DNA of 64,000 nt, taken from a virus. Positions 56,301 through 64,000 of this stretch are shown here, one piece after another. The stretch lies in the IMG/VR virus record IMGVR_UViG_3300043313_001352, positions 32,001 to 96,000 of that record; one strand, written 5' to 3'. The notes under the pieces are model-generated. The model saw nothing but the letters and a program-made list of their open reading frames with translations. It was not told the DNA's origin and searched no databases. Position numbers and translations under genes: made by a program. Every line of letters begins with the position of its first letter. Position 1 is the stretch's first letter.

Positions 56301-59300
56301 GCGCCATTCGTTGCGAGAAGGCCAGAAGTGAGGGCGAGAGCACCTTCGGTTGCATCCCACGCGACCGTGTGAGCAGCGTTGTACCACTGCATCCCGTTAA
56401 CGCTGCGCTGCCAGTCAGCGGGCAGCGTCGGGTCAACCGTGTCCAGCTTGGCGAAGTCACCGTTACGGATGATGTCGTTGCCGTACTTGATCCAGGTGTA
56501 GGTGGGCTGTCCGTTAGGACCAATGGGACCTTGCACGCCCTGGTTTCCCTGGGGACCTTGGATCAGTGACCAGTCATAGTCGGTGTAGATGGACGACTCA
56601 GTGGCAGAGGACTTGTTGTAGGCCAAGCCCATGTAGATCTTGCCTGCAGGTAGGTCACTCATCCCCGTCGAAGGCGTGTCCGCGTACTTCAGCCACGTGT
56701 AGGTGGGCAGACCGTTCGCGCCGGTCGGACCTTGGATCCCTTGAGACCCGGTGGCACCGGTGAAGGCCAGCGACCAAGAGAAGATCTGGTTGAAGGTCAG
56801 CCCGCCTACGGTCACCGGGATGGTAAAGGTCCCCGTGGCCGTGCTCAGTGCTGTCGTCACGGTGAAGGTGATCAGTGGCGCGGTGGTGCCGTTGTTGGTC
56901 ACCGCTGCGGTGATGCCGGTAGCGCCACCGGTGATCGTCCCGACCGTAGCGGTTTGTGCCACCGTGCCCTTGTAGGCGATGACGGTGGAAGTGGCAGACC
57001 CCGCTAGAGCGTTGGTGAGCCCAGCAGCAAAGCCCTGAGACTCGTTGCTGAGGAGGACCGTGTAGGCGTCAGCACCTGCAGGTCCAGTGCTGCCAGTAGA
57101 GCCGGTAGCACCGTCGGAGACCTTCGCTACGGTCAGCGTGTCACTGTTGCCGGAAGCCCCGATCGCCTTCACCGCGATGGTCTTGGCCGTCATGGTCGAG
57201 CCAGTGATCGTGACCACGTTCGATGCAGCGGGCCTGGAGACACCAGGTGGAACGGTCCCGGAGAAGGCAGCTCCGTCCACGCTGTACTGCCAGCCTGCCG
57301 TGGAGTCCGGGATCGTGGTGTTCGTCGCTACAGCCGTCACTGTCGCAGTCGCGGGTGTGATCGTTCCGCCTACACCAACTGCCAGCACCTGCGTGCTCGC
57401 TGTCAGGTCGACAGTCGAGGCAGGAGCACCAGCCACACCCTGGGAGCCTTGTGGACCCTGAGGGCCTTGGATGAGCGACCACTCATAGTCGGTAGGAACG
57501 GTCGTCTCGGTAGCAGTGGTCTTGTTGTAGGCAATACCGATGTAGGTCTTGCCTGCGGGCAGGTCGGAGATGTCAGCGACGATCGGGGTAGCGCTGGTGG
57601 CGTACTTGATCCAGGTGTAGGTGGGCTGTCCGTTCGGACCAGTCGGACCTTGCAGACCGGTGTTGCCCTGTGGGCCAGTAGTCAGGTTCCACTCATAGTC
57701 GGTGTAGATGCTGGACTCGGTAGCAGTGGTCTTGTTGTAGGCGATACCCAGGTACGGCTTGCCAGCAGGCAGGTCGCTCATCCCGGTGGTAGGCGTGTCG
57801 GCGTACTTGACCCAGGTGTAGAGCTGCTGCCCGTTCGGCCCGATCGGACCTTGCACACCTTGAGACCCGGTCAGACCCAGCGACCAGGAGAAGGTCTTGG
57901 TGAAGGTGATCCCACCGACGGTGATCGGCACCGTCAACGAACCTGAGGTGGTCACCAGCGCGGTGGTCACCGTGACGGTGAAGCCAGCCGCCGTCGTGCC
58001 GTTGTTGGTCAGTGCCGTAGTCAGACCAGTGACCTGCCCGGTGATCGTGCCGATCGTGGCCGTCTGCTGAACAGTCCCCTTGTACGCCAGCACCTGGCTG
58101 GTGGTTGATCCAGCGACAGCTGCGGTGGTGGAGCCAGGGAACACCTGGGCTTCGTTGGTCAGCTGCACGGTGTAGGCATCAGCGCCCGCACTGCCGTCCA
58201 TGGACTTGGCCACGGTCAAGGTGTCAGCGACCCCGTTGGCGTCGGACATGCGCACCGCGATCGTGCGCGCGGTCACGGTGCCGCCGGTGACGGTGACCAC
58301 GTTGCCGCTGCGCGAGACGCCCGTGGGGACCGAGGTCGAGAACACCCCACCGTCGACGCTGTAGTCCCACACCGTGATCGTGGTGTTGATCGGGGTGCCG
58401 GTCACCACGGCCGTCGTGGGCGTGGTGGCCCCTCCGGTCGCCGGGGAGGTCAGAACCTGGCTGGTCGAGGTCAGGCTGATGGTCGCAGCGGGAGTGCCAG
58501 GCACGCCGTTGGCACCGATCGGCCCGGCGAACGACAACGACCAGCTGAACACCTGGTTGAACGTGATGCCGCCTACCGTGACCGGGACGGTGAAGGTCCC
58601 GTTGGCAGTGACCAGCGCGGTAGTGACCGTGAACGTGATCAGGGGTGCCACAGTGCCGTTGCTGGTCACCGCGGCGGTGATGCCCGTGGCTCCGCCGGTG
58701 ATCGTCCCGACGGTCGCGGTCTGCTGCACCGTCCCCTTGTAGGCGATCACCGTCGTCGTCGCCGTTGCGGCCTGAGCGTTCGTGGTACCAGCGGTGAAGG
58801 TCTGCGACTCGTTCGAGAGCACGACGGTGTACGCGTCGGCTCCTGCCGCACCGGTCGCACCGGTCGAGCCGTGCGCGGAGACCGAGTAGGCAGTCGACGT
58901 CGTGGTGTCGGAGTAGGTGGTGATCGTGCGCGTCCACAGGAACTGTCCAGGGATGGTCGCCTGCGGCGTCGATTGCCACGTCCCGACTGGTGCCGTCGTG
59001 CCGGTCGAGCCGACCTGGTAGGTGACCGCAGTGCCGGTGACACCGACACCTGGTGCCCCGGTGGAGCCCGAGGTGCCGTGTGCGGAGACTGAGTACGCCG
59101 TCGAGCTGGTGGTGTCGGAGAAGGTCGTGACCGTCCTGGTCCACAGGAACTGCCCAGGGGAGGTGGCCTGCGGACTGGACACCCAGGTGCCTGTCGGCGC
59201 AGTGGTGCCGGTTGAACCCACCTGGTAGGTGACGGTGGTGCCGGTGACGCCAACGCCCGGCGCTCCGGTACCGCCAGTGCTGCCGGTGGCGCCGTCGGAG

Positions 59301-62300
59301 ACCTTGACCACGGTGAACGTGTCGGCCAGCCCAGCAGCATCGGCCATCTTGATCGTGATGGCCCTCGCCGTCATGGTCGTGCCGGTGATCGTCACGACGT
59401 TGCCGGTGCGACTCACACCCGCAGGAAGCGCGGGCAAGAAAGTGGCGCTACCGTCCACGCTGTAGGTCCAGGCCGTGATGGTGGTGTTCGTGGCGACACC
59501 TGTCACGGTGGTCGTTGCGGGAGTGGTGGCTCCCCCGGCTGCAGGGACCGCCAACACCTGCGAGGTAGCAGTCAGCGAGATGGTCGGAGCAGCGGCACCA
59601 GGCACACCCTGGGAGCCTTGTGGACCTTGCGGTCCTTGGATCAGCGACCAGGTGTAGTCGGTAGGAACCGTGGTCTCCACGGCAGTGGTCTTGTTGAACG
59701 CGAACCCGATGTAGGGCTTGCCTGCCGGGGTATCGACCAGCCCGCCGCCATTGATGTCATCGGCGTACTTCACCCAGGTATAGGTGGGCTGACCGTTAGC
59801 CCCAGCAGGCCCCTGGATGCCCATGTTCCCCTGAGGCCCCTGGATCAGGCTCCAGTCATAGTCCGTGTAGATGCTGGACTCGGTAGAGCTGGTCTTGTTG
59901 TATGCCACACCCATGTAGGTCTTACCGGCAGGCAGATCGCTCATCCCAGTAGTCGGCGTATCGGCGTACTTCAACCACGTGTAGAGGCTTGCTCCGTTAG
60001 CACCAGTCGGACCCTGGATGCCTTGTGATCCTGTTGGACCTGGTGGTCCTTGGATGAGCGACCACTCATAGTCCGTGGTGATCGTGCTCTCTGCAGCCGT
60101 GGTCTTGTTGTACGCGATGCCCATGTAGGTCATGCCGACCGGAGAGTCACTGATCTGTGGAGTGGTGGGCGCTCCGTTGGGCGCGTACTTGATCCAGGTG
60201 TAGGTCGGTTGCCCGTTGGGACCGATCGGCCCCTGGATCCCCGTGTTCCCCTGGGGTCCCTGAATCAACGACCATTCGTAGACGTTGTAGTTGACGCTGT
60301 CCTCGGTCTGGGTCGTCTTGTTGTAGGCGATGCCCATGTACTTCTTGCCCGTGGGGTCATCGTTCATCCCCGTGGTGGGGGTGTCCGCGTACTTGATCCA
60401 GGTGTAGGTCGGCAAGCCATTCGCACCGACAGGCCCCTGGATGCCCTGTGAACCCTGAGGGCCTTGCGGACCCTGGATGAGTGACCACTGGTAGTCGGTG
60501 GGGATCGTCGTCTCGGTGGGCGTGGTCTTGTTGAACGCGAGACCGATGTAGGTCATCCCAGCCGGTACATCCACGATCTGGCCAGCGGTGGGGTTGCCGT
60601 TCGGTGCGTACTTGACCCACGTGTACGTGGTGACACCATCAGCCCCAGGAGTACCTGGGATGCCCTGGTTTCCTTGTGGACCCTGGATCAAGCTCCAGGT
60701 GTAGTCGGTGTACACCGTGGTCTCAATCGCTGAGGTCTGCCCAACCGCGATCCCCATCCAGGTCTTGCCCGTAGGAGAGTCAGACATGTCAGCAGGGATC
60801 GGAGTAGCGCTGGATGCGTACTTCAACCAGGTGTAGTAGGTGATCCCCGGAGAGCCTTGGATGCCCTGAGAGCCAGCGGGTCCTGGTGGGCCTTGGATCA
60901 AGGCCCACTCATAGTCGGTCGTGACCGTGGACTCTGTGGCCGTCGTCTTGTTGTACGCGATGCCGATGTAGCTCATCCCGACCGGCGAGTCGCTGATCTG
61001 GCCGGTGGTGGGTGCTCCGTTGGGCGCGTACTTGATCCAGGTGTAGGTCGGTTGCCCGTTGGGGCCAGTGGGTCCTTGCACACCGGTGTTGCCCTGGGGG
61101 CCTTGAATCAACGACCAGCCATAGTCGGTGTAGATGCTGGACTCGGTGGAGCTGGTCTTGTTGTACGCCAGACCCATGTAGGTCTTCCCGGCTGGGAGAT
61201 CGCTCATCCCAGTCGTCGGTGTGTCGGCGTACTTCAGCCAGGTGTACATCGGCTGGCCGTTGGGACCGGTCGGTCCTTGGATTCCTTGTGACCCGACCGC
61301 GCCAGCGAGGCTCAGCGACCAGGCGAACGCCTTGGTGAACGACTTGCCGTCTGCCGTGATAGGCACCGTCAAGGTGCCGTTGACGGCCGTCAGCGCCGAC
61401 GTGACATCAATCGTGAAGCCCGCCGTGGTGGTGCCGTTGTTGGTCAACGCGGTGGAGATACCTGCCACCTGGCCGGTGATCGCACCGATCGTGGCCGGGA
61501 TCTGGGTGACGCCCTTGTAGGCGATCACCTGGCTGGTGGCGCTCGCGCTCACCGCAGCTGTGGCCGTTCCCGCGAAGCTCTGCGCCTCGTTGGTGAGCAG
61601 GATCGTGTACGCATCGGCGCCAGCCGGTCCGGTGCCACCTGCTGCGCCGTCGGAGATCTTCGCGATGGTCATGGTGTCTGCGTTGCCAGCAGCGTCAGCT
61701 GCCTTCACCGAGATCGTCTTGGCCGTCATCGTGGCACCAGTGATGGTCACGCTGTTGCCGGTGCGGCTCACTCCGGCAGGGACCGTTCCGGAGTAGGTGG
61801 CTCCGTCCACCCCGTAGGTCCAGTTGATGATCGTGGTGTTGATCGCTGCCCCGGTCACCGTGGTCGTGGCTGGGGTCGTCGTACTACCGCTCGCAGGCAC
61901 GGCCAGCACCTGCGAAGTAGCCGTCAAGGTGATGATGGCTGCGTCGGATCCAGGTGGGCCTTGGAACAAGCTCCACTCATAGTCGGTGGCGACGGCGCTC
62001 TCGACGTCGGTGCTCTTGTTGTAGGCGATACCGATGTAGGTCTTGCCTGTCGGGGAGTCGCTCAGCCCAGCTCCGGTGGCGCTGTCGCCGTACTTGATCC
62101 AGGTGTAGGTGGGCTGACCGTCGGGACCCGCCGGGCCGGGTATGCCGGGCTCGCCGGGCTCTCCGGGCGTACCGGCGGGACCAGGCGTGCCACGGATCGG
62201 ACCGATGTTCGACCACCCGGTGCCGGTCCACTTCACACCATCGCCGACCGCAGCAGCGGTGCCGTCCATGGCCGGAGGGACCCAGCCAGGCACCGGCGTA

Positions 62301-62734
62301 CCGACGATCCAGATCTGGCCCGGTAGGGGAGCGGTGGGTGCCGTCTGGGGTGTGGTGCCGATGATGCTGACGCTGGCGCCGCTGTTGCCCGTCAGACCGG
62401 ACGGACCAACCGGTCCCGTGGGTCCGGTGGCTCCGCGCGGCCCGGTCGCACCGATCTGGCCTTGCGCACCCTGGGATCCTGTCGGCCCCAGCGGACCAGG
62501 GACGCCGACCGGGCCAGTCGGTCCGGTCGGACCCAGAGCACCCGGTGTGCCGACCGGCCCGGTAGGGCCAGGAACACCCTGTGGCCCCTCGGTGCCGGGG
62601 ATGACCAGGTCGATCTCATTGGGATCGCTGGAGACCAGGTTGACGCTGACCCGCGGCTCTCCGGAGATGATGTCCAGCTCGATCTCCCCCAGGACGCTGG
62701 ACAGCGTCACATTGTCCGTATTGTCAACGGTCAT
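50384..62734 (-). CDS. giant modular tail fibre / host-specificity protein (4116 aa)
   Basis: Collagen GXY linkers, 13 YTW(I/L/V)KY modules, 6 T(I/V)-x-LT..(S/T)Q-x-L modules, 6 ADA(Y/V)T..L-x-NE-x-Q modules, FN3-like and tip domains. Confidence 0.9.
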   Translation of the reverse strand: MTVDNTDNVTLSSVLGEIELDIISGEPRVSVNLVSSDPNEIDLVIPGTEGPQGVPGPTGPVGTPGALGPTGPTGPVGVPGPLGPTGSQGAQGQIGATGPRGATGPTGPVGPSGLTGNSGASVSIIGTTPQTAPTAPLPGQIWIVGTPVPGWVPPAMDGTAAAVGDGVKWTGTGWSNIGPIRGTPGPAGTPGEPGEPGIPGPAGPDGQPTYTWIKYGDSATGAGLSDSPTGKTYIGIAYNKSTDVESAVATDYEWSLFQGPPGSDAAIITLTATSQVLAVPASGSTTTPATTTVTGAAINTTIINWTYGVDGATYSGTVPAGVSRTGNSVTITGATMTAKTISVKAADAAGNADTMTIAKISDGAAGGTGPAGADAYTILLTNEAQSFAGTATAAVSASATSQVIAYKGVTQIPATIGAITGQVAGISTALTNNGTTTAGFTIDVTSALTAVNGTLTVPITADGKSFTKAFAWSLSLAGAVGSQGIQGPTGPNGQPMYTWLKYADTPTTGMSDLPAGKTYMGLAYNKTSSTESSIYTDYGWSLIQGPQGNTGVQGPTGPNGQPTYTWIKYAPNGAPTTGQISDSPVGMSYIGIAYNKTTATESTVTTDYEWALIQGPPGPAGSQGIQGSPGITYYTWLKYASSATPIPADMSDSPTGKTWMGIAVGQTSAIETTVYTDYTWSLIQGPQGNQGIPGTPGADGVTTYTWVKYAPNGNPTAGQIVDVPAGMTYIGLAFNKTTPTETTIPTDYQWSLIQGPQGPQGSQGIQGPVGANGLPTYTWIKYADTPTTGMNDDPTGKKYMGIAYNKTTQTEDSVNYNVYEWSLIQGPQGNTGIQGPIGPNGQPTYTWIKYAPNGAPTTPQISDSPVGMTYMGIAYNKTTAAESTITTDYEWSLIQGPPGPTGSQGIQGPTGANGASLYTWLKYADTPTTGMSDLPAGKTYMGVAYNKTSSTESSIYTDYDWSLIQGPQGNMGIQGPAGANGQPTYTWVKYADDINGGGLVDTPAGKPYIGFAFNKTTAVETTVPTDYTWSLIQGPQGPQGSQGVPGAAAPTISLTATSQVLAVPAAGGATTPATTTVTGVATNTTITAWTYSVDGSATFLPALPAGVSRTGNVVTITGTTMTARAITIKMADAAGLADTFTVVKVSDGATGSTGGTGAPGVGVTGTTVTYQVGSTGTTAPTGTWVSSPQATSPGQFLWTRTVTTFSDTTSSTAYSVSAHGTSGSTGAPGVGVTGTAVTYQVGSTGTTAPVGTWQSTPQATIPGQFLWTRTITTYSDTTTSTAYSVSAHGSTGATGAAGADAYTVVLSNESQTFTAGTTNAQAATATTTVIAYKGTVQQTATVGTITGGATGITAAVTSNGTVAPLITFTVTTALVTANGTFTVPVTVGGITFNQVFSWSLSFAGPIGANGVPGTPAATISLTSTSQVLTSPATGGATTPTTAVVTGTPINTTITVWDYSVDGGVFSTSVPTGVSRSGNVVTVTGGTVTARTIAVRMSDANGVADTLTVAKSMDGSAGADAYTVQLTNEAQVFPGSTTAAVAGSTTSQVLAYKGTVQQTATIGTITGQVTGLTTALTNNGTTAAGFTVTVTTALVTTSGSLTVPITVGGITFTKTFSWSLGLTGSQGVQGPIGPNGQQLYTWVKYADTPTTGMSDLPAGKPYLGIAYNKTTATESSIYTDYEWNLTTGPQGNTGLQGPTGPNGQPTYTWIKYATSATPIVADISDLPAGKTYIGIAYNKTTATETTVPTDYEWSLIQGPQGPQGSQGVAGAPASTVDLTASTQVLAVGVGGTITPATATVTAVATNTTIPDSTAGWQYSVDGAAFSGTVPPGVSRPAASNVVTITGSTMTAKTIAVKAIGASGNSDTLTVAKVSDGATGSTGSTGPAGADAYTVLLSNESQGFAAGLTNALAGSATSTVIAYKGTVAQTATVGTITGGATGITAAVTNNGTTAPLITFTVTTALSTATGTFTIPVTVGGLTFNQIFSWSLAFTGATGSQGIQGPTGANGLPTYTWLKYADTPSTGMSDLPAGKIYMGLAYNKSSATESSIYTDYDWSLIQGPQGNQGVQGPIGPNGQPTYTWIKYGNDIIRNGDFAKLDTVDPTLPADWQRSVNGMQWYNAAHTVAWDATEGALALTSGLLATNGATAMQTLDVVPGDVIYLRIRMRSTVIGDGSGIYAILLNAAGTTEVVRFTSLQPSGITTSYADYSGVATVPAGAPTAVRLALLSYNKAVGIKVFIKEVYHAVKNVTDSAVGTHMGLAYNQTTAVESTDANLYEWTQTQGPQGLPGSNAATITLTSTAQVLVSPASGTGATAPATATITGTPVNTTITVWDYSVNSGAWSGTAPPGVSIAGNVVTITGATMTASTIAVRAGNNAGVADSLTVAKVLTGATGATGGTGPSGPAGADAYTVLLSNESQSFPAGLTNALATTATTTVIAYKGTVAQVATVGTITGGATGITAAVTNNGTTAPLITFTVTTALATATGTFTIPVTVGGMTFNQVFTWALSFTGAGGATGAAATIVDLTATTQALSAPAPTILDSFNRGDSTTSLGTTETGQAWRNDNSSVWGVSGGKAYIATAGATGGQSYADVECGTADVTVSFVITGLLSGGIAFRHNLTNLNGYVLVINNNGSLQIYRSAGAYGAETYTTIGQSTALAVLGDKVSITASGSTLQGKINDVTVVTATDATYTGTRHGLYNFGVNAGRLDNFTVAPATTTPATAVITGTPTGTTISTWTFSADGGTFGAAPIYASVAGNVVTVTGAIMTAKTLAIKATGASGVTDTMTISKISDGSSGFVGADAVTVVLTNEAQVFPGTVSAAVAGFTTSQVLAYKGAVQQSATIGTITGAPTGMTITYQNNPGLTAQFTATVTTALVTQSGTLTVPITVGGVSFTKTFAWSVSYTGAQGSTGGAGAQGVSITAVTPYYATVTPVGAAAPAVPVVATPVAPWVPTEPGYLTNTELYTTNKITYSNLTFTYTGVSKSSSYTAASQALPKISLIGANGKLFRDVTSYANAAGNLTGNIVIDTPITFTNRMYKIKLSGFNYASTQGTFNLETSGYSYAGPPPSVANATGVNTGNLPIGVRVARRISTGTLVIILTSQAASNYWQYPKITAVDAEISHTLPPDTWQTGWNTTLVPETDIPAASGIFDLLLTVASSNVPATADSAYNAATPDALAPASSPAATVTGSVSSLGIKWPAILNHDTVTYEVHCATTGATFTPSAATLQIETTATSYTIREQLADGTFLVKDGSVTYYVRIVAKDAKIGGGFNSAAPGTAGSATLRQITEADISDGYIYTNLVDAIQIKGAKLDADLAIIGKIKTAESGQRMELSSEGLRQYGSDGVSIRVDLPNDPQKPSVIDAQIMARGLTVGQGMDVRGQSTFAMGSKTILQTQTVGATSGPSLGTDYPQSAFARGQWCDPFWGFHLDSAESTGSFRCANTFFDDATMKKGTTWWQVPRVANSNGETAAYYTFHGNSVIAVGGLERQVTNGFFRTAGYVGARDEKYMITSWDDSAMNTSGTLAPIKKAERQDGTFSWFWQWRLGRCFSATGATRAHMVAQAKRNMFAPWPGGTIELATLAFTDTTITPSATKTINSSFFAQDEDLCGVTYGSSQRMGFETTDRDIWVIHGTVNNYVFTDAASPARLVDLEFPAVPATRSVSACGDVLTGAFTRFTAAPATDGPQFYNYTGITWAATDPSIWWGAFTWYDSQGAIQESNASAYASITMKKRARLTVTVPDLPDPAAGKGTARTVNDVNSFRFYLTRAALNITPIRTDFILQPEQPAFLPSGVGATYSTVSTPNFVGAVGDTDAPPLLTSFIAASPASWESNAPGTGGFPKIKLTGDGVAHFETLDVGGAGATSFTGKAFEQLYYSIRAQSQLSGGGVKVVDINYNISWSARFMPMSIGRSVNLAPSGYFEITMPPVGTVIPNFGGATQKTVTSAGVPMSSWDVLWYEIPFGSAATSLAANFRYTNYLSDFTVPNNWVLVAYFNIDAGRIEWATDESMPADSAQGGGWNSFAYGAGWGAGNIVPAYKIIGEQVYFRGTFSRASGSGTTMATIPLTAGRPVISVNLLARNGTNTVVNCQISSGGGVTIGTVANGDVIYLTTSFLNT

Positions 62735-63117
62735 GGCGCACCCGAGTTCGTGACGTCGATGACGCAGAGCACGTCACCCTTGGCCACGGTGCGGATGTCA
62801 CCGTTGGGGAACGTCACCTCCAGGTCCCAGATCCCCTTGAACTCCGAGCCGTCGCCCTGGGCTGGCAGCGTGGCGGTCTCGGTCGGTGACAGGCTGAGAA
62901 TCACCGCTTCGTTGGGGAAGTCAGGATCAGGGGTGGTGACGAAGTCAGCCACCGCCACACGGTCGGAGAGCTTGGCGACCTGGGCTTGGAACTCGTACTC
63001 GGTCAGCGGCAGTGCGTTGGCGGTGTCCGGGTCGACCACTCGGATCCGGATCCGGAAGGTGTCTCCCGCCACGAAGGACAGGTCGACCACATCGGGAAGC
63101 TGACTCAGCGAAGCCAT
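62731..63117 (-). CDS. BppU-like baseplate/tail protein
   Basis: GDTF...L-x-L....T..L...WDLEV....G...T...G. Confidence 0.65.
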   Translation of the reverse strand: MASLSQLPDVVDLSFVAGDTFRIRIRVVDPDTANALPLTEYEFQAQVAKLSDRVAVADFVTTPDPDFPNEAVILSLSPTETATLPAQGDGSEFKGIWDLEVTFPNGDIRTVAKGDVLCVIDVTNSGAP

Positions 63118-63132
63118 CTCGTCACGTCCTTG

Positions 63133-64000
63133 TCAGTGCCACGTCGGGGGGAGTTCGGGGGAGGTGTACTTCCACTTGACGAGCACCTTCAGCTGCCAGT
63201 CCGCGTCGACACTGGTCGTGGGCGCCGACGCCCTGGCCGAGCGAAAGACGGCGTAGCCGTTGTAGCCCGTGGTCGAGCTGCCCGAGGCGGTGCCGTTGTA
63301 GATCAACATGCCGTTGTGCAGCGGAGCTGGCTTGATCCACTCGGTGGCCCAGGCAGTCAGCTTGGAGATGGCCGTGTCGAGCCGGGCCTTGTTGACGGCC
63401 GGGGAGACGAACGTGGTTCCGTCCGTGGTGCCGCCGTAACCAGCAGGCCGCGCGGTGACGCTGCGGTTGATCTTGGAGGGGTAGACCTTGATGGTCGGGG
63501 TGCCACTACCACCCGGCTTGCGGTAGATCTGAGCGATCTTGGCGTCGCTCAGCACGACAGTGTTGAGCACGTTGGTGAGTTCGTCCGCGGAGATGCCAGG
63601 GTGCTTGCCGACGATCCAGTTGCTCAGCTGAGTGCGCGCTGTGCTGTACTCAACGGCGCCGCGGGCGTTGCGGGTGGCTGCAGTGCCCGAGATGTACCCC
63701 TGTTGGACGTCGTAGCGGGTGCCCCAGTTGTAGCTGGTCGTCCAGGAACCCGTCCCGGCAGCGTTGATAGTCATCGGGTCAGGCTTGCCCGCCGGGAATC
63801 CAGTCGGGTCGGCGCCGTAGCTGGGGTTCTGGAACACCCGCGCGTCGTGCCCGGTGAGCAGGACCGGCACCGTGGTGGAGTAGGAACTGGTGGCGTAGGT
63901 GCCGTCGGCCATCGTCCGCCTGGCGTGGATCTTGAACTGGTACTCGTAGTTCTGCTGCAGGACGCTCACCGACATGGAGTTCTGCGGGGTCCACTCGTTC
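63133..64000 (-). CDS. minor tail protein, 5'-truncated by window edge
   Basis: Frame open to the window end; Thr/Gly-rich virion-like composition. Confidence 0.7.
   Translation of the reverse strand, partial: NEWTPQNSMSVSVLQQNYEYQFKIHARRTMADGTYATSSYSTTVPVLLTGHDARVFQNPSYGADPTGFPAGKPDPMTINAAGTGSWTTSYNWGTRYDVQQGYISGTAATRNARGAVEYSTARTQLSNWIVGKHPGISADELTNVLNTVVLSDAKIAQIYRKPGGSGTPTIKVYPSKINRSVTARPAGYGGTTDGTTFVSPAVNKARLDTAISKLTAWATEWIKPAPLHNGMLIYNGTASGSSTTGYNGYAVFRSARASAPTTSVDADWQLKVLVKWKYTSPELPPTWH

Noticed and set aside
50384-62734. Diversity-generating retroelement acting on the tail fibre
   Set aside because: No reverse transcriptase in the window and no adenine-specific template/variable repeat pair noticed; the repeats are in-frame protein modules.
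1-64000. tRNA/rRNA genes, integrase, capsid, portal or large terminase genes
   Set aside because: None recognised by eye in this window; a tRNA scan was not run.

Overview
High-GC window that reads as part of a large actinobacteriophage genome. 1-20.6 kb: rightward early-type region of small genes in repeated cassettes (terminator, a conserved 16-bp ACTGACGTTTAYGCAG box, an extended -10 promoter overlapped by a short inverted repeat, and an AACGACGAA(A/G)GGAC leader). It encodes ArdC-like, MoxR AAA+/VWA, WGR, sigma-like, RNAP alpha-CTD-like and Lsr2-like proteins. 21-36 kb: mostly leftward genes, including HNH and DUF559 nucleases, two primase-type genes (one fused to an SF3 helicase) and a glycosyltransferase. 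36-64 kb: tail and lysis genes, including a 4116-aa modular tail fibre. The outstanding feature sits among the tail genes: a stand-alone Cas7/RAMP-like gene (44377-43694) followed on the same strand by a ~4-kb non-coding array of GGY-NN pentamers, cut into roughly 70-75 different units by GGCAGGC, then a small accessory gene. Orphan copies of the same GGY-NN grammar occur at 23.5-23.9 kb and 2.36-2.42 kb. This looks like a non-CRISPR, repeat-encoded RNA-guide system. All family assignments are from motif recognition by eye; no searches were run.
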